NCBI GenBank assembly: GCA_003212535.1
Contig: QCPO01000002.1
Span: forward strand, 33,215-97,214
Source of the DNA: Prochlorococcus sp. AG-436-O11
GTDB lineage: Bacteria > Cyanobacteriota > Cyanobacteriia > PCC-6307 > Cyanobiaceae
DNA length: 64,000 nucleotides
Reading direction: 5' to 3'
Part shown: in pieces, positions 60,418 through 64,000 of the stretch
Layout: the number at the start of each line of letters is the position of its first letter
How positions within the stretch are numbered: the stretch's first letter is position 1
Notes under the pieces: generated by a model
Databases searched by the model: none
What the model saw: only the letters and a program-made list of their open reading frames with translations
Told to the model about the DNA's origin: nothing
Translations under genes and position numbers: made by a program

Positions 60418-61146
60418 ATGAATTTAAGAATTAAAAATGTATCTCTGTCCATTGAAGGAAGATTAATAGTGGATGATGTTTCAATAACTGTTACCCCAGG
60501 AGAAGTTGTTGGCCTAATGGGACCTAATGGAGCGGGGAAAACTACTACTTTTAATCTTGCAGTTGGAAATCTAAAGCCTGATAAAGGAGATATTTTAATG
60601 AACAAAAAATACATAACAAATTTACCTCTGCATTCTAGAGCGAGGCTAGGTTTGGGATATTTAACTCAGGAGGCAAGTATTTTTAGAGATCTAACAGTTA
60701 AAGAAAATATCGATTTGGCTTTGCAAAACTCATTTTCTAGTACTGCAGTAATACGAAATAGGAGAGAAAAAATAATTAATGAATTCAATTTGAATAACTT
60801 TGTAGATAAATTTGGTTATCAACTATCGGGAGGAGAAAGAAGGAGGTGTGAAATAGCTAGAGCTCTATCTGTTGGCAGAAAGGGTCCTAAATATTTATTA
60901 TTAGACGAACCATTTGCAGGTATAGACCCTTTAGCTGTTAATGATTTAAAGAAACTTATTCTTAAATTAAGTAATAGTGGGGTTGGTATTCTTATTACAG
61001 ACCATAACGTAAGAGAGACTCTTCTGATAACACATAAGTCATATGTTTTAAGTGAGGGAAGAATTTTAGCTTATGGATCATCAAATAAGTTAGCAAAAGA
61101 TCCAATAGTTAAAAAATATTATTTAGGGGATGATTTTCAACTTTAA
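60418..61146 (+). CDS. lptB: LPS export ABC transporter ATPase LptB
   Basis: GPNGAGKTT, YLTQEASIFR, LSGGERRR, DEPFAGIDP, ITDHNVRETL, YYLG. Confidence 0.9.
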   Translation: MNLRIKNVSLSIEGRLIVDDVSITVTPGEVVGLMGPNGAGKTTTFNLAVGNLKPDKGDILMNKKYITNLPLHSRARLGLGYLTQEASIFRDLTVKENIDLALQNSFSSTAVIRNRREKIINEFNLNNFVDKFGYQLSGGERRRCEIARALSVGRKGPKYLLLDEPFAGIDPLAVNDLKKLILKLSNSGVGILITDHNVRETLLITHKSYVLSEGRILAYGSSNKLAKDPIVKKYYLGDDFQL

Positions 61147-61244
61147 AAGGCTAATTCTAAATATATTAAAAATAAATTTTAAAAAATTTCTCATTTATTA
61201 TTGATTTAAATTATTATTGTGATTTTAATAGATCTTAAATTAGG

Positions 61245-62189
61245 GTGACTTTATTGAAAATGTTATTTGATAATGTTTTTAAAAATTTAATATATGATCC
61301 TGTCTCTGCTATAGGCCTTTTAGTCTTTTATATTCTTTTAATTAATCTACCAATATCTTTAGTTTCTGTTTTTACTAAAAAATCCTCTTCTATTGTTCGA
61401 ATTCTTACTATTTTAGTCAATTTTTTCATAGCTTTACAATTAATCTTTAGATGGTCTATCTCTGGACATTTTCCAATAAGTAATTTATATGAATCACTTT
61501 ATTTCCTTGTTTGGGGAATTTCTTTGGGTCAGTTATTAATTGAGAGGGAATATAAATCTCCAATTATTCCTTTAATAGCAATACCAATTGAGTTGCTGAC
61601 TATAGCTTTTGCATGTTTTGTTTTGCCAGAAGATTTAAAATTATCATCCAATTTGGTCCCAGCATTAAGATCTAGTTGGTTAATTATGCATGTAAGTGTT
61701 GTAATGCTTAGTTATGCGGCACTTATAATCGGTTCCCTGCTTTCAGCTTCTGTATTGTTTATCAATAAAAGTCAACCACTACAAATTAGAAGTAGTTCTG
61801 CTGGTATAGGAGGATTTAAAATATTAAATTCTTATTCTTTGAAAAACATTATTCAACCCATTGAATTTTCGCATTCAGAAGAATTAGATACATTAAGTTA
61901 TCGCTCTATATTGGTAGGATTTGTTCTTTTAACTCTTGGTTTGATTTCTGGAGCTGTTTGGGCTAATGAAGCATGGGGAACCTGGTGGAGTTGGGATCCA
62001 AAAGAAACATGGGCATTCATTTCATGGTTGTTTTATGCGGCCTATCTTCATATGAGAATTAGTAAGGGTTGGCAAGGTAGAAGACCAGCATTATTAGCAA
62101 CGACTGGTTTCTTTGTTGTTTTGATATGTTATATAGGAGTAAATTTTCTAGGTATTGGTTTACATAGTTATGGATGGATTTTTGGTTAG
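61245..62189 (+). CDS. ccsA: Cytochrome c biogenesis protein CcsA
   Basis: [43 protein letters not shown] (WWD motif), GLHSYG. Confidence 0.95.
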   Translation: MTLLKMLFDNVFKNLIYDPVSAIGLLVFYILLINLPISLVSVFTKKSSSIVRILTILVNFFIALQLIFRWSISGHFPISNLYESLYFLVWGISLGQLLIEREYKSPIIPLIAIPIELLTIAFACFVLPEDLKLSSNLVPALRSSWLIMHVSVVMLSYAALIIGSLLSASVLFINKSQPLQIRSSSAGIGGFKILNSYSLKNIIQPIEFSHSEELDTLSYRSILVGFVLLTLGLISGAVWANEAWGTWWSWDPKETWAFISWLFYAAYLHMRISKGWQGRRPALLATTGFFVVLICYIGVNFLGIGLHSYGWIFG

Positions 62190-62201
62190 TTAAATCAATT
62201 T

Positions 62202-62960
62202 TTATTGAGGTTCTGAAATTACCTTCCCATGTTGTGCATCTTGAGCAACTTTTCTTAAATCATCACAACCTTCTTTTAAAGATGGGTAAGCAAACATTCC
62301 ACTTCCTGCAATGAAGCAATTTGCTCCAGCTTCTGCACATTGTGAAATCGTCCAATTTGCTTTTATGCCGCCATCAACTTCAATATCCACATTTAAATTC
62401 TTTTCAATAACAAATTTCCTTATTTTTCTGATTTTATTTAACATTGTAGGTATATATGCCTGTCCTCCAAAACCTGGATTAACTGTCATCACCAAAACAT
62501 GATCTACCATTCCCATAATGTTCTCTATCATTTCAAATGGTGTATGTGGATTTAAGGCAACTGAAGGAGACCCTCCTAGATCTCTTATCCTCCCAAGAAC
62601 TCTATGAAGATGTATGTTGGCTTCTGCATGTGCAATTACTACACCAGGCTCTCCATTAGCTCCTTTTGAGGCTTCGACATAAGATTCAAGCATCGTTTCA
62701 CAGTTGTATTGACTTACCATTAACTGTGTCTCAAAAGGGACTTTACAATATTTTCTACATGCAGCAATCATTTCCGGTCCGAAGGTGAGATTTGGGACGA
62801 AGTTGCCATCCATAACATCAAATTGAATTCTATCTACACCAGCTTCTTCAAGTTCTTTTACACAACCACCCATGTTCGCCCAATCTGCTGGTAGAACGGA
62901 AGGAATTATTTGAATTGGTCTATTAGCACCAGCTGAAGTTGTTTGATTAGGCTCGGTCAT
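62202..62960 (-). CDS. rpe: Ribulose-phosphate 3-epimerase
   Basis: DVMDGNFVPNLTFG, MTVNPGFGGQ, EVDGGI, AGS. Confidence 0.95.
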   Translation of the reverse strand: MTEPNQTTSAGANRPIQIIPSVLPADWANMGGCVKELEEAGVDRIQFDVMDGNFVPNLTFGPEMIAACRKYCKVPFETQLMVSQYNCETMLESYVEASKGANGEPGVVIAHAEANIHLHRVLGRIRDLGGSPSVALNPHTPFEMIENIMGMVDHVLVMTVNPGFGGQAYIPTMLNKIRKIRKFVIEKNLNVDIEVDGGIKANWTISQCAEAGANCFIAGSGMFAYPSLKEGCDDLRKVAQDAQHGKVISEPQ

Positions 62961-63147
62961 TTTATTTTTAAAATATTTAATAAAGATACTATATTTAGTT
63001 GTTTATTCCTAATTTAAAGTCATGGCCTGATAAAGTAACAGCTGTAAAGAGTTAAAAAAAACTTATTAGCAGAATAATTCTCTTAAAAATGACAATTTTT
63101 ATGAGAACATACTTTAAACCTCTAAGAAAATCTTTAAAAATTTAATT

Positions 63148-64000
63148 GTGAATCAAACTTTAATTCAAGAAATTCTCGAAGTAGTCGAGCAGGCCGCAAT
63201 CGCATCAGCGAAACTTACAGGACTTGGTCAAAAAGATGAAGCAGATGCTGCTGCTGTTGAAGCAATGAGATTGCGAATGGGCAAAATTGAGATGAGAGGG
63301 AAAATAGTTATTGGGGAAGGTGAACGTGATGAGGCACCTATGCTTTATATCGGTGAAGAAGTTGGAAGTGGTAGTGGTCCAGGGGTTGATTTTGCTGTCG
63401 ATCCTTGTGAAGGAACTAATCTCTGTGCTAATAATCAGCGTGGATCAATGGCCGTTTTAGCTGCTTCTGATACTGGAGGACTTTTTAACGCGCCTGACTT
63501 TTATATGAATAAACTAGCAGCACCACCAGCGGCTAAAGGGAAAGTAGATATTAGAAATTCTGCTACTGAAAACTTAAAGATCCTAAGTAGATGTTTAGAT
63601 CTCTCAATTAATGAACTTACGGTAGTTGTTATGGATAGAACCAGACATAAGGACTTAATTAGAGAGATTCGAGAATGTGGAGCTAAAGTTCAACCAATTT
63701 CTGATGGAGATGTTCAAGCAGCAATTGCCTGTGGATTTGCTGGAACTGGAACACATTGCTTAATGGGAATTGGAGCGGCTCCAGAAGGCGTGATTTCTGC
63801 TGCAGCCATGAGAGCTTTGGGAGGTCATTTTCAAGGGCAGCTAGTTTATGACCCAGCAATTGCTCAAACATCTGAATGGGCAGATTACACAAAAGAAGGA
63901 AATATCAAACGTCTAAATGAGATGGGTATTACTGATATAGATAAGATTTATGAGGCTAACGAACTTGCCTCGGGAGAAAATGTGGTTTTCGCTGGAAGTG
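63148..64000 (+). CDS. glpX: Fructose-1,6-/sedoheptulose-1,7-bisphosphatase class II (partial)
   Basis: GTG start [21 protein letters not shown]...[15 protein letters not shown]...AVDPCEGT...APDFYM...DGDV; runs off window end. Confidence 0.95.
   Translation, partial: MNQTLIQEILEVVEQAAIASAKLTGLGQKDEADAAAVEAMRLRMGKIEMRGKIVIGEGERDEAPMLYIGEEVGSGSGPGVDFAVDPCEGTNLCANNQRGSMAVLAASDTGGLFNAPDFYMNKLAAPPAAKGKVDIRNSATENLKILSRCLDLSINELTVVVMDRTRHKDLIREIRECGAKVQPISDGDVQAAIACGFAGTGTHCLMGIGAAPEGVISAAAMRALGGHFQGQLVYDPAIAQTSEWADYTKEGNIKRLNEMGITDIDKIYEANELASGENVVFAGS

Noticed and set aside
3782-63892. Many 60-113 aa ORF-track entries overlapping real genes (e.g. 3782, 7171, 8387, 11767, 11870, 12042, 12387, 17074, 18298, 23188, 28318, 29469, 29885, 30283, 32828, 36215, 43505, 45050, 50712, 51361, 58781, 59225, 60402, 62311, 63683)
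   Set aside because: Antisense or alternative-frame overlaps of better-supported genes, with no independent evidence.
1-64000. CRISPR arrays, tRNAs, rRNAs, integrases, transposases
   Set aside because: No regularly spaced repeats, cloverleaf or T-loop signatures, or recombinase motifs were seen on manual reading.

Overview
Very AT-rich marine picocyanobacterial chromosome segment. Gene content and order are those of a streamlined high-light Prochlorococcus. Conserved core blocks (aspC-udg-ispG-ctpA-nadA-...-aroB-purK-6S RNA at 1-10.6 kb; petN-psb29-clpP-ftsH-sipA-M16 peptidases-pcyA-devBCA-rpsB-tsf-recG-sir-glyS-chlP-typA-lptB-ccsA-rpe-glpX at 34.5-64 kb) flank a roughly 24-kb accessory region (about 10.7-34.5 kb). 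That region holds many microproteins and decaying genes, plus a minimal phosphate locus (K+ channel-pstS-pstCAB with no phoB/phoR/phoA/phoE) in which pstS has an in-frame TAA in its signal peptide. The most interesting candidate system lies just after the 6S RNA. It is a three-gene operon with a LexA-box-like site over its promoter, and its 46-aa second gene resembles the extreme C-terminus of cyanobacterial DnaX (tau). It converges on an adenylation-domain-only NAD+ DNA ligase, and a decayed paralog with its own intact promoter and LexA-like box lies 2.5 kb away. Also seen: an ectopic DnaA-box cluster, an hli relic, and three small paralogous microprotein families. No tRNA, rRNA, CRISPR array, integrase or transposase was seen. 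All family assignments come from motif recognition, not database searches.
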